Source of the DNA: an uncultured Candidatus Saccharibacteria bacterium
GTDB taxonomy: Bacteria > Patescibacteriota > Minisyncoccia > Phycocordibacterales > GWA1-40-21
DNA length: 64,000 nt
Reading direction: 5' to 3'
Assembly: GCA_964613715.1 (NCBI GenBank)
Contig: CAZTJK010000001.1
Span: 98,763-162,762 of the forward strand
How positions within the stretch are numbered: position 1 is the first letter of the stretch; every line of letters begins with the position of its first letter. A program made the translations under genes and the position numbers. Shown here in pieces: positions 45,830 to 55,594 of the stretch. Below the pieces are notes generated by a model. The model did no database searches. It saw only the letters and a list, made by a program, of their open reading frames with translations, and was not told the origin of the DNA.

Positions 45830-47566
45830 ATGGACGAAAACCTCAAAAAAATACGACACTCTCTTGCACACTTGCTTGGCGCCGCGGTGCTTGAGCTCTG
45901 GCCGGATACGAAGCTTGCCATCGGCCCGGCGATCGACAATGGATTTTACTACGATTTCGATTTCGCACAGCCGATCACCGACAAAGACCTCGGCAAAATC
46001 GAGCAGAAAATGCGCGAGCTCTATAAGAAATGGCATGATTTCAAAAAGACAGATGTAAGCGAAGCAGAAGCAAAAAAGATTTTCGGTCATAACCCCTACA
46101 AGGCCGAGCTCATCGAGGAGCATGCCAAAGCCGGCGACAAGCTCACGACATATACCTCAGGCGAATTCACCGACTTCTGCGCTGGCGGCCATGTGGACGA
46201 CATGCAAAAGGTGCCGAAGGATGCCTGGAAGCTCTCACGCGTCGCCGGCGCATACTGGCGCGGAGATGAGAAAAATAAGATGCTCGCCCGTGTCTACGGC
46301 ATCGCATTCGCGTCAAAAGACGATCTTGCAAAATACGAGACCATGATCAGCGAAGCTGAGAAGCGCGACCATCGCAAGCTCGGCAAAGAGCTTGATCTTT
46401 TCACCTTTTCCGCACTTGTCGGCCCAGGGCTCCCGCTCTGGACGCCGAAAGGCACCGTGCTGCGCAATGAGCTCGATAACTTCGTCTGGAAATTGCGGGA
46501 AGCGAAGGGATTCCAGAAAGTCACTATTCCCCATCTGACAAAAAAGGAGCTCTATGAGACCTCTGGCCACTGGGAAAAATTCGCGGATTCCCTGTTCAAG
46601 ATCACGACGCGCGAGGGCAAGGAATATGCCGTCAAGCCGATGAACTGCCCGCATCACACGCAGATATTCGCCCGCATGCCGCATTCGTACAAGAATATGC
46701 CGCAGCGCTTTGCGGAAACGACCATGGTCTACCGCGACGAGCAGTCGGGTGAGCTTGGCGGCCTGACACGCGTGCTGTCCATCACTCAGGACGACGCGCA
46801 TATCTTCTGCCGCCACAGCCAGATTACCGAGGAATTCAATGGCATCTGGGACATCATCGATACGCTCTATGGCACGTTTGGCTTCGAGCTGCGCGTGCGC
46901 CTATCATTCCACGACCCAAAAACTGCAGAGAAATATCTCGGCACGAAAGAGATCTGGCAGAATGCCGAAAGCGAGCTTGAAAAAATGGCAAAGGCGCGCG
47001 GCGCGAAGTATCTCCTCGGCATCGGCGAGGCTGCTATGTACGGCCCAAAGCTCGACTTCATGGCCATGGACTCGCTCGGCCGCGAGCATCAGGTGGCGAC
47101 CATCCAGCTTGATATGAACCTGCCGGAACGCTTCGACCTTTCCTGCGTCAATGAAAAAGGCGAGAAAGAGCGCATTGTCATGCTCCACTGCGCCATCATG
47201 GGCTCGATCGAGCGCTTCAGCGCAGTGCTGATTGAGCACCTTTCCGGCAACTTCCCGCTCTGGCTCGCTCCCGTGCAGGTGAAAATCGTCCCGGTGCGTG
47301 AAAATCACAATGCACATGCGGAAAAGATCGCGGCTGAACTCGCTGCCGCCGGCTTCCGCATTGATTGCGATACATCGGACGGCAATATGGGCAAAAAAAT
47401 CCGCGATGCAAAGGTAAACAAGATCCCGTACACCATCATTATCGGCGACAAGGATATCGAGGTAGGCAAAATCTCCCTCGAATCTCGCGATCGCGGACAA
47501 CTCGGACAGATGACGATGGAAGAAGTTCTCGCGCTTTTTGAAAAAGAGCGCACCGAGAAAAAATAA
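45830..47566 (+). CDS. thrS: Threonine--tRNA ligase, compact form lacking the N-terminal TGS domain
   Basis: Class II aaRS motifs and an anticodon-binding domain. 578 aa from MDENLKK. Confidence 0.85.
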   Translation: MDENLKKIRHSLAHLLGAAVLELWPDTKLAIGPAIDNGFYYDFDFAQPITDKDLGKIEQKMRELYKKWHDFKKTDVSEAEAKKIFGHNPYKAELIEEHAKAGDKLTTYTSGEFTDFCAGGHVDDMQKVPKDAWKLSRVAGAYWRGDEKNKMLARVYGIAFASKDDLAKYETMISEAEKRDHRKLGKELDLFTFSALVGPGLPLWTPKGTVLRNELDNFVWKLREAKGFQKVTIPHLTKKELYETSGHWEKFADSLFKITTREGKEYAVKPMNCPHHTQIFARMPHSYKNMPQRFAETTMVYRDEQSGELGGLTRVLSITQDDAHIFCRHSQITEEFNGIWDIIDTLYGTFGFELRVRLSFHDPKTAEKYLGTKEIWQNAESELEKMAKARGAKYLLGIGEAAMYGPKLDFMAMDSLGREHQVATIQLDMNLPERFDLSCVNEKGEKERIVMLHCAIMGSIERFSAVLIEHLSGNFPLWLAPVQVKIVPVRENHNAHAEKIAAELAAAGFRIDCDTSDGNMGKKIRDAKVNKIPYTIIIGDKDIEVGKISLESRDRGQLGQMTMEEVLALFEKERTEKK

Positions 47567-47578
47567 GCAAAAGAAAAA

Positions 47579-47608
47579 CCCCGTGCCTCATGCAGGCGCG
47601 GGGTTTTT
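47579..47608. terminator. Rho-independent terminator, shared by thrS and a convergent small gene
   Basis: 10-bp stem ccccgtgcct/aggcgcgggg followed by ttttt. Confidence 0.65.
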
Positions 47609-47845
47609 GGTTGGTGTGGTCGTAGGCAGTAATTGTTTGGCAGCACAGCGAGCGCTATGCTTGGCAAATGCTCCAAAACGGATTTTCTGCTGGCCGCAGA
47701 TATTGCACGGCAAGCAGCACGGCACGATCGGGCTGCGTAAACCGGGAACACAGTGACATTCCTCCTGCTTCGCATCATATGCTCTCAGCAAGAGGGCTGC
47801 TGCCCGTTCTTCAGCGTCCTTCTCTTTATCAGGGAGAAGACCCAT
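47588..47845 (-). CDS. Small Cys-rich hypothetical protein (85 aa, 8 Cys)
   Basis: TTGACT-18-TATCAT promoter. GGAGGTG Shine-Dalgarno 5 nt before the ATG. Motif CHCVPGLRSPIVPCCLPCNICG. The 3' end runs into the thrS terminator. Confidence 0.4.
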   Translation of the reverse strand: MGLLPDKEKDAEERAAALLLRAYDAKQEECHCVPGLRSPIVPCCLPCNICGQQKIRFGAFAKHSARCAAKQLLPTTTPTKNPAPA

Positions 47846-47964
47846 ATCCACCTCCAGATATAAAATGAACAGCTATTCCCTTGCATGATACGCTTGTTTC
47901 CCGGCTGAAGTCAAGAAAAGAAAAACGGCGAAGGACATATGATCCTTCGCCGCCTCTAACGGCA

Positions 47965-48483
47965 TCAACTCGCCTTGCGATGCACCAGCATTTCCTTGAC
48001 GCGGTCAAAATTGATGAGCCGCTCGACGATCTTATTACCACCCGCAGTGCGCACCATAAGGGCGAGACCTTCGAGATTCATCCATTCGGCCGAAAAGAGT
48101 GTCAGCTGGATGACTGCCTCGCTTGCCTCCTGAGGCAAATCTGAGGAAAATGCGACAATCGTATCACTACCCCGTATCCCGCCCCTGATCCTGCCGGCTC
48201 GGAATTGTTTCAATTCCGAGATATTCCAGGCATCAAAACCGGAATGCAGCAAACCTGAAGCAATTTTAAGTGCTCGCCGCCGGTATCGCTCATGCTTGCG
48301 CTTGGAACAGACGCCAACAGATTCGTCGATGACGCAAACTCCCTTGCGAAACACGATCAGGTAGCCACCCTTTTTGCGGCCATAGATGAAATGGAACATC
48401 TGCTCGATATTCCGAAACATGCGCCAAAATAAAAACACAAATGCATGCCGTTCATCCAGGGAATCGAAGCCTGCCGTAACCAT
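47965..48483 (-). CDS. Hypothetical protein (172 aa)
   Basis: TTGACT-17-TATTAT promoter, AAGGAGG Shine-Dalgarno and a minus-strand terminator downstream. Confidence 0.5.
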   Translation of the reverse strand: MVTAGFDSLDERHAFVFLFWRMFRNIEQMFHFIYGRKKGGYLIVFRKGVCVIDESVGVCSKRKHERYRRRALKIASGLLHSGFDAWNISELKQFRAGRIRGGIRGSDTIVAFSSDLPQEASEAVIQLTLFSAEWMNLEGLALMVRTAGGNKIVERLINFDRVKEMLVHRKAS

Positions 48484-48560
48484 GACATACCTCCTTGCAA
48501 TAATAAAATGAACTGCAAAACCCTGTGGATAATAAAATGGATAACAAAAAAAGTCAATCG

Positions 48561-49214
48561 TTACTGCGCTGATGAGCTTGGTAATACAGTCTTTTTCACG
48601 AATGCCGCCTCGGCGATAAAGCGATCAGTTTTCGCGGCGAACGTATCGCAGGTCGAGATAGTCAGCATATTGCTTTTCGTATTGAAAACAACGAGCGCAT
48701 CTGCAGCGCTTTTCATCTGCACGTCGAGCACTTTATAGATATACGCATTGCTAGCAGAATAGAGCGTGATCTCGTCGCCGGCTTTCAATTTCTGCAATCC
48801 ACTGAAAGTCTTGTATGCCTGATTATGCACGACGGCAAGCCCGGTGCTGTGGCCGAAGATAAAGACATTACCCTGTCCGCCTGGTAGCCCCGAACCCGGA
48901 TAATGCACGGCCCCTTTCTGCAGGAATTCGTCGAGAATATCAGTCGAGGTGCTCGATGGATTGTAGACATCGGCATCCACGCCGATCGCAGGAATCGTCA
49001 CATGGAGCGGCAGCTCGCCTGCTTCATTCCCTTTTGTTTCCTTCACTGGCTCACGGCCAATCGAGTTCTTGAATTCTTCCGGAACGAAGCCAAACAGGTA
49101 GAGAACGCCGAACGTAATAAGCAATATGATGCCGAAATCGATCAGGAACGGAATCCTATTGCGGATAATGAGATTTTTTATGGATGAGCTTGATTGGGGC
49201 TTGAGTTCCTTCAT
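48561..49214 (-). CDS. Sortase-family transpeptidase
   Basis: N-terminal TM helix. Catalytic His (IFGHS) and TLxTC motif (LTISTCD). Confidence 0.7.
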   Translation of the reverse strand: MKELKPQSSSSIKNLIIRNRIPFLIDFGIILLITFGVLYLFGFVPEEFKNSIGREPVKETKGNEAGELPLHVTIPAIGVDADVYNPSSTSTDILDEFLQKGAVHYPGSGLPGGQGNVFIFGHSTGLAVVHNQAYKTFSGLQKLKAGDEITLYSASNAYIYKVLDVQMKSAADALVVFNTKSNMLTISTCDTFAAKTDRFIAEAAFVKKTVLPSSSAQ

Positions 49215-49250
49215 GGAATTTGTGCTATCTCCGACCGTGCGAGCATACCC

Positions 49251-49279
49251 TTGACATGAAAAGGCATATACTGTACAAT
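49251..49279 (+). promoter_or_regulatory. Consensus sigma-70 promoter
   Basis: TTGACA, a 17-nt spacer, then TACAAT, upstream of the gene at 49310. Confidence 0.6.
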
Positions 49280-49309
49280 CATCACGTTATTACTTTTAAC
49301 CATAGTATC

Positions 49310-50302
49310 ATGCCTAATCAACCAACACCAACGCCGACGGTAAAACACCACTTCGTGACGGCAGCAATTGCAGCCGGCATCATTCTCGTGGTGGCTCTGT
49401 TCATCTGGATCCCATTCAAGCTGATCCCGGCCCTCTTCTCGACCGGCTCGAATTTCGTCGCCACGTCCCTTTCCTCAACCTTCATCCCGGCGACGTCCTC
49501 AAGTCAGACAGCTGGAAATGAAAACACGGCATCGACACAGCCAAATACTTCGGCAACGGCGCACACGGCCTATACTGGCAGCTACCAGGCATCATATTAC
49601 GGCCATGCGGACCTCGCGGTGACTTTCATTGCAAGCGGCATCATCGACCCGGGAACGAAGCATTTTATGCAGACGGGCTATGCCGGACAGAACGATCTCG
49701 TCGCCATTAAATTCCAGGTCGCTAATATCGGCACGAATGTTTCCGGTCCATGGACCTTGCGCTTGAACATGCCGTCACGCACCACGCCCTACTATGATTC
49801 GAATTATCAGCCGTCGATCAAGCCGGGAGATCGCATGGAATTCGTGGCAAGCTTCGACACTCCGATCACGCAGGGCATCAACACCGCATATATCACCGCG
49901 GATCCGCTGAACATGATTGCTGAAAACAATGAAGGCAACAATCAGTTGATTGTTCCGCTCAATATTTCCGGCACGAGCTACAGCTACAACACCAATTATA
50001 ATTACGGCACTGCGTACTACAATCCGGCTCCATATGGCACCCTCTACAGCTGGACGAATATCGGCGTAAGCTGCTACGCAAATCCGCAGACGAGCTACTT
50101 GGGCAATACGATCACCTGGACGGCAACAGCGACCGGTGGCAATGGATACTTCACCTACTCATGGGCTGGATCCGACGGGCTGACTGGCACCGATATGATC
50201 GAGAATAAGCAGTACTTCACCTCGGGCATGAAAACGGCAGTCGTGACGGTCACGTCAAACGGCCAGAGCGTATCGAAAGCCTGCAACGTCTACATCTACT
50301 AA
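49310..50302 (+). CDS. Membrane-anchored CARDB-like domain protein
   Basis: N-terminal TM helix, a Thr/Ser-rich linker and a CARDB-like segment (QVANIGTNVSGPWTLRL). No LPXTG motif. Confidence 0.5.
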   Translation: MPNQPTPTPTVKHHFVTAAIAAGIILVVALFIWIPFKLIPALFSTGSNFVATSLSSTFIPATSSSQTAGNENTASTQPNTSATAHTAYTGSYQASYYGHADLAVTFIASGIIDPGTKHFMQTGYAGQNDLVAIKFQVANIGTNVSGPWTLRLNMPSRTTPYYDSNYQPSIKPGDRMEFVASFDTPITQGINTAYITADPLNMIAENNEGNNQLIVPLNISGTSYSYNTNYNYGTAYYNPAPYGTLYSWTNIGVSCYANPQTSYLGNTITWTATATGGNGYFTYSWAGSDGLTGTDMIENKQYFTSGMKTAVVTVTSNGQSVSKACNVYIY

Positions 50303-50308
50303 ACAAAT

Positions 50309-50345
50309 CAAAAAGCGCCGGCCCAAAAGGGCCGGCGCTTTTTGA
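50309..50345. terminator. Bidirectional Rho-independent terminator
   Basis: Hairpin agcgccggccc-aaaa-gggccggcgct flanked by an A-run and a T-run. Confidence 0.65.
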
Positions 50346-50350
50346 TTTGT

Positions 50351-52417
50351 TTAAATATCGATATTTGCGAGCTTCGCATTCGATTGGATAAATGCCTTGC
50401 GCGCCGGTACATCCGTACCCATGAGCATCTCAAAGATCTTGTCCGCATCCTGGGCATCTTCGACGCTGACGCGCTTCATCAGGCGGCGGGTCGGATCCAT
50501 GGTCGTTTCCCAAAGCTCCTCGGCATTCATTTCGCCAAGACCCTTGTAGCGCTGTACGGAAACTTTCGCCGATTTCTTCGCATCTTCTTCGGCCACCTCT
50601 TCGGATGATGTTTCGACTTCCCCTACTTCGGTATCGGCAATCTTTGCTTTCTTGAAGAAAGCTGATTTCTCTTCTTCAGAATAGAAATAATGTAATTCCT
50701 TGCCGAGTTTCACTTTATAGAGCGGCGGCTGCGCGATGCAGATATGGCCATTGTCGATGAGCGGCTTGAAATAGCGATAGAAGAGCGTGAGGAGCAGCGT
50801 GCGGATATGCGCGCCGTCTACGTCCGCATCGGTCGCGATGATGATCTTGTGATAGCGGAGCTTCTCGATATCGAAGGTATCCCCGATCGCCGCGCCGAGC
50901 GCCACGACGAGATTCTTGATCTGTTCAGAGTCGAGCATCTTGTCGAGACGAGCTCGTTCAATATTCAAAATCTTTCCGCGCAATGGCAATATCGCCTGCG
51001 TCTTCCTATCGCGGCCCATCTTTGCTGTACCACCTGCCGAATCTCCCTCTACGATGAAAAGCTCCGATTCTGAGGCATCTTTTGACTGGCAATCGGCAAG
51101 CTTGCCCGGCAAGGTCATGCCTTCAAGCGCGCCTTTGCGCAGGATTGAATCTTTTGCAGCTTTGGCAGCCTTGCGGGCCCGCAGAGCAAGGATTACCTTA
51201 GAGATAATAGATCGGGCATCATCTGGATTCTCCTCGAGAAATGCCCCGAATGCTTCGCCGAACACCTCTTCGACGGCGCCGCGCGCCTCGACAGAGCCGA
51301 GCTTCGCCTTCGTCTGGCCTTCGAACTGGATTTCGCGGATTTTTACCGATACGACTGCGGTCAGGCCTTCAAGCACATCGTCGCCCGTGAAATTATCCTC
51401 GCTCTCCTTCACGAGACCATTCTTCTTGGCATAGTTGTTCAAGCTGCGGGTGAGTGCAGTCTTGAAGCCGGTGACATGCGTGCCATGCTCTGGATTATAG
51501 ATATTGTTCGCGAATGCAAGCAGGCGCGATGAGATATCGTCAATATACTGAAGCGACACTTCGACAGATTCCACAGCCGCTGTCTTCTTCTCGACATAGA
51601 AAATATTCTTGTGGATCGGCTTCGAGGCCTGATTGTAGAATTTGACGAGCGATAAGAGGCCGCCTTCAAAATAGAATGACTGCGATGGCGCCTCGACACC
51701 AAGATCAGCAAAATAGAATGCGCTCTTGTCATCGATCGACGCTTTGCTCGCTTCTCGCGCATCAATGACGGAAATCTTCAGACCCTTCACAAGGTATGCC
51801 TGCTGGCGCATATGCGAGACCACTTTGTTGAAATCGAAGATGATGCCTTCTTTGAAGATCTCCGGATCAGGCTCGAAGGTAACGATCGTGCCATGCAGAT
51901 CAGTCTTGCCGATTTTCGCCACCGCAGCTTTCCGCTTGCCGCGCGAATACTCCTGATAATAAATGCCGCCATCCTTATGCACGACGACTTTCATATAGGT
52001 CGAAAGCGCGTTCACGACAGATGCGCCGACGCCGTGCAAGCCGCCAGACACCTTGTAGCCCGTCCCCTCGCCGCCGAATTTGCCGCCGGCATGGAGCACG
52101 GTCATAATGGTCTCGAGCGCAGAGACTTTCGTCTGCTTCTGAATGTCGACTGGAATGCCGCGGCCATTATCGACGACGCGCACGCGGTTATCAGGCAAGA
52201 GAGCGACTTCGATATGAGTGCAAAAACCACCCATCGCTTCGTCGCGTGAATTGTCGAAAATCTCGGTGATCAAGTGCTGCAAACCGTCCGGGCCCGTGGT
52301 GCCGATATACATGCCTGGGCGCTTTCTGACCGGCTCGAGGCCCTCAAGCACCTGGATAGAGCTTGCATCATATTTTGCCTCGTTTTTTAGCTTTTTTTCC
52401 TCTTTTTCCTTGGCCAT
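50351..52417 (-). CDS. gyrB: DNA topoisomerase type IIA subunit B (GyrB or ParE), 688 aa
   Basis: GHKL ATPase and TOPRIM domains, with a C-terminal IQSNAKLANIDI-like tail. No A subunit is adjacent. Confidence 0.8.
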   Translation of the reverse strand: MAKEKEEKKLKNEAKYDASSIQVLEGLEPVRKRPGMYIGTTGPDGLQHLITEIFDNSRDEAMGGFCTHIEVALLPDNRVRVVDNGRGIPVDIQKQTKVSALETIMTVLHAGGKFGGEGTGYKVSGGLHGVGASVVNALSTYMKVVVHKDGGIYYQEYSRGKRKAAVAKIGKTDLHGTIVTFEPDPEIFKEGIIFDFNKVVSHMRQQAYLVKGLKISVIDAREASKASIDDKSAFYFADLGVEAPSQSFYFEGGLLSLVKFYNQASKPIHKNIFYVEKKTAAVESVEVSLQYIDDISSRLLAFANNIYNPEHGTHVTGFKTALTRSLNNYAKKNGLVKESEDNFTGDDVLEGLTAVVSVKIREIQFEGQTKAKLGSVEARGAVEEVFGEAFGAFLEENPDDARSIISKVILALRARKAAKAAKDSILRKGALEGMTLPGKLADCQSKDASESELFIVEGDSAGGTAKMGRDRKTQAILPLRGKILNIERARLDKMLDSEQIKNLVVALGAAIGDTFDIEKLRYHKIIIATDADVDGAHIRTLLLTLFYRYFKPLIDNGHICIAQPPLYKVKLGKELHYFYSEEEKSAFFKKAKIADTEVGEVETSSEEVAEEDAKKSAKVSVQRYKGLGEMNAEELWETTMDPTRRLMKRVSVEDAQDADKIFEMLMGTDVPARKAFIQSNAKLANIDI

Positions 52418-52569
52418 TTTCCCTCGTGAAAGCTTATCTTTTATGGCTTAAATTATAGCATTTTTAGTTGCCGAACGGAAGCCGAAAAGTGGGTAAAAAA
52501 CTTGCATTATTAATAATATGTGTTACAATAAAAATAGGTAGGTCATTCCAGTGAAAGAAAGGGTTTCGT

Positions 52570-52845
52570 ATGAGCAAGAACCTCAAGCAAGTCGTGAAAA
52601 AGCTGGCCAAGAAAATGTCAGCGAAAACGCGCCGGCAGAAGATCGAGGATCATAAGTTCGCCCGGACCGAGCGGCTGGTAAAGCTCTTGGCCTGGTGCGA
52701 GCATATCGCCATGATGGCTAAGAAAAGTGGCGGTACGAGAAGTAATGTCAGCCCGGGCGGAATCAAGAAACTCGCCAAGCTGTATATGGTCAATCCGAAA
52801 CGAACCGAGCAATTGATGGATAAGGCATTCGAATACGCTGCCTGA
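52570..52845 (+). CDS. Small basic hypothetical protein (91 aa), monocistronic
   Basis: TTGCAT-16-TACAAT promoter. A terminator follows (ggcgctgaatc..gattcagcgcc followed by ttttt). Confidence 0.45.
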   Translation: MSKNLKQVVKKLAKKMSAKTRRQKIEDHKFARTERLVKLLAWCEHIAMMAKKSGGTRSNVSPGGIKKLAKLYMVNPKRTEQLMDKAFEYAA

Positions 52846-52889
52846 TCCATTTGTATGGCGCTGAATCCCCTGATTCAGCGCCTTTTTGT

Positions 52890-54800
52890 TTACCTGACTT
52901 GCCAGCCCGATTTCGCGTTCATTGCTCCTGAGATTTTTTCCATGATCGCGTTCACTTCATCATCAGAGAGCGTCCGATCATGTGATTGGAATACCAGGCG
53001 ATAGGCATAGGAAACTCTCCCCTCTTTTTCGAAGGTGTCGAACAGCCTCTGCTTTGCCATAAGCGGCCCGGCATATTTCAAAATGATCGCGAGTACATCA
53101 TCTGCTTTCGTGCCACTTGGCGTGAAGACCGCAATATCGCGGGACATATATGGATAGCTCGATATTTTCTGAAATCGCGGATGGGCAGTCGTGCTTTGTG
53201 TAAAAACATAGCTCGCCGGAAGAGGTGCATGCTCCAGTATTTTTTCAAGATCGAATTCAGCAATATGTTCTTCCTTATTCGTTTTTGGGAATGATAGATT
53301 GAGCGAATCGGACAAGGCTGCTATCGTTTTCATCAATACATCTTTCTCATTCGGCTTTTTGATGCCGATCGGATTCTTCACGCCGATGGCGAGACGTGCT
53401 CCTTCTCCGGTTTTTGAGAACACATGGCCGAATTCAAATACCTTCACCTGCGGCGCGTCTAAAAGCTCAGTAAAACGGGCATTTAGCTCGAGCGACTTCT
53501 GCATGCCGTCAGCAAGATTCGTGCGCAGGAATTTGCGCTCCGGCGACATCGGATTCGCAAGCTCTACCTCCCCTTTTTCGACAAATGTGTAATTCATGAT
53601 TTCCGAAAAGCCCTGTTCTGACAGGATGTTCCGAATCAATTCCTGATATGCGAATATTTTATTGACAGCCGGCTTTTGCTTCACCTGCGGAAGCTTTTCA
53701 TCAGGAATTTTTTCATATCCGTATATACGGCCGATTTCCTCAGCCATATCTTCTTTGATGGACAGGTCAAGCCGCTCCGGCGGGACAGTGACTACGAATC
53801 CCTTCTCATTTTTCCAAGCGAAGCCGAAGCGGTCGAGAATCAGAGCAATTTCCTTCTCGGAAATCTTCACGCCAAGTATGGCTTGGATATCTCCGACAGA
53901 AAATGAAATGGCGCGCATTTCCTGTTTCACTGGATAGGCATCGACAACTTCTCCCACCTGTGTCTCTTTCGTGCCAGCAATCTCGACAATGAGCTTGGTG
54001 AGTATATCCATTGCCTCAGCGCAGAGCTCGGGCGAAAGCTCATTCTCATAGCGCTTCGAGGCATCTGTCTGTATCTTTATTTTCTGCGCCGTCTTGCGGA
54101 TGAGCGTCGGATTGAAATTTGCCGATTCAAGGACGATATTCGTCGTATGCGCATCAAGCTCGGCGTGTGTGCCGCCCTTCACACCGGCGATCGCAAGCGG
54201 GTTTTTTCCATCAGTAATAAGCAAAATGCTGTCATCAAGCATCACTGCTTTCTTATCAAGCGTCGTAATCTGCTCGCCTGCTTTGGCACTCCGCACGCGA
54301 ATCTCGTACTTGTTCAGCTTGTCAGCATCAAATGCATGCATCGGCTGGCCGAGCTCAAGCATGACGAAATTCGTGGCATCCACTACATTGTTGATCGAAC
54401 GCTGACCAAGGGTTTCAAGATGTTCGACGAGCCACTTCGGAGACGGGCCGACTTTGATATTTTCAACAACACGGCCGATATAGCGCGGGCACTGCTTCGG
54501 ATCGTCTATCACAATATTGAGCTTTTTCACTGTGCCTGAAACGGCAATATCCTTGAACGTGCGTGAATACGGCAGGATGGGAAGCTCGGCCACAAGACCT
54601 AGTTCCCGCGCAATGCCGCGATGCGACAGGCAGGTATGGTTCTGATTCGGCGTGGTCTTGATATCGAGCACGGTATCGCTGCCGACTTTTTCGGTGCTTT
54701 CGACATCCATGGAATGCATGGTCAAAAGCTCGACGAGCTTGTCCGTCTTCGGCAGCTTGCCATCGAGAAAACCATTTATCCAATTGAGAGAAACTTTCAT
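52890..54800 (-). CDS. pheT: Phenylalanine--tRNA ligase beta subunit, compact (636 aa)
   Basis: B3/4 and B5 domains and a catalytic-like C-terminal domain. Overlaps pheS by a few nt. Confidence 0.8.
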   Translation of the reverse strand: MKVSLNWINGFLDGKLPKTDKLVELLTMHSMDVESTEKVGSDTVLDIKTTPNQNHTCLSHRGIARELGLVAELPILPYSRTFKDIAVSGTVKKLNIVIDDPKQCPRYIGRVVENIKVGPSPKWLVEHLETLGQRSINNVVDATNFVMLELGQPMHAFDADKLNKYEIRVRSAKAGEQITTLDKKAVMLDDSILLITDGKNPLAIAGVKGGTHAELDAHTTNIVLESANFNPTLIRKTAQKIKIQTDASKRYENELSPELCAEAMDILTKLIVEIAGTKETQVGEVVDAYPVKQEMRAISFSVGDIQAILGVKISEKEIALILDRFGFAWKNEKGFVVTVPPERLDLSIKEDMAEEIGRIYGYEKIPDEKLPQVKQKPAVNKIFAYQELIRNILSEQGFSEIMNYTFVEKGEVELANPMSPERKFLRTNLADGMQKSLELNARFTELLDAPQVKVFEFGHVFSKTGEGARLAIGVKNPIGIKKPNEKDVLMKTIAALSDSLNLSFPKTNKEEHIAEFDLEKILEHAPLPASYVFTQSTTAHPRFQKISSYPYMSRDIAVFTPSGTKADDVLAIILKYAGPLMAKQRLFDTFEKEGRVSYAYRLVFQSHDRTLSDDEVNAIMEKISGAMNAKSGWQVR

Positions 54801-54803
54801 ATA

Positions 54804-55550
54804 TCAAAATTGGGTGACGAGCCGAAGATCGCCGGTGTAGAAAAGGCGGATATCGTCGATCGCATACTTGAGCGCGGCAAGACGGTCGACACCGACGCCG
54901 AATGCGAAGCCGCGCCACTTGAGCGGATCGATGCCAACGCCTGCGAGCACATGCGGATGCACAAGACCTGCGCCCATCACCTCAATCCAGCCATTGCCCC
55001 CGCAGACGGCGCAATCGCCCTCGCCTTTGCACTTGAAGCAGGACACATCGATCTCGACGCCTGGTTCGACGAATGGAAAAAAGCTCGGGCGGAAGCGGAT
55101 ATCGACATCCGTCTCGAAAAACTTGTCGAAAAATACGTTTAGAGTCGATTTCAATGTCGCAAGCGATATATCTTTCCCGACCGCAAGACCTTCTACCTGA
55201 TGGAACATCGCCTCGTGGCGCGCGTCCGTTGCCTCATTGCGAAAGACACGGCCGGGGCAGATGATCGAAAACGGCGGCTGATTCTTTTCCATGAAGCGGA
55301 TTTGCACAGGCGAGGTATGTGTACGCATAAGCTTCCCCACTTCTCCCTGTTTCGTTTTTATCCAAAAAGTATCCTGCATGTCGCGGGCCGGATGATCTTT
55401 CGGCACGTTCAGGGCATCGAAATTGTAATATTCGGTTTCGAGCTCCGGCCCATCCACGATGGAAAAGCCCATCTCGGAAAATATCCTCACAATATCGCTC
55501 ACCACGCGGGAAATCGGGTGTATATGTACCGGCTGCTCGGACTCTTTCAT
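54804..55550 (-). CDS. pheS: Phenylalanine--tRNA ligase alpha subunit, catalytic core only (248 aa)
   Basis: Class II motifs ([28 protein letters not shown]). The N-terminal coiled coil is absent. Confidence 0.8.
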   Translation of the reverse strand: MKESEQPVHIHPISRVVSDIVRIFSEMGFSIVDGPELETEYYNFDALNVPKDHPARDMQDTFWIKTKQGEVGKLMRTHTSPVQIRFMEKNQPPFSIICPGRVFRNEATDARHEAMFHQVEGLAVGKDISLATLKSTLNVFFDKFFETDVDIRFRPSFFPFVEPGVEIDVSCFKCKGEGDCAVCGGNGWIEVMGAGLVHPHVLAGVGIDPLKWRGFAFGVGVDRLAALKYAIDDIRLFYTGDLRLVTQF

Positions 55551-55594
55551 ATTGAGCGATTATAGCCAAAAAAGCCTTAAAATCAAAGGAGAAA

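Noticed and set aside
47881-48144. 87-aa plus-strand ORF
   Set aside because: It overlaps the better-supported minus-strand gene 47965..48483 (promoter, AAGGAGG Shine-Dalgarno, terminator) and spans that gene's terminator hairpin.
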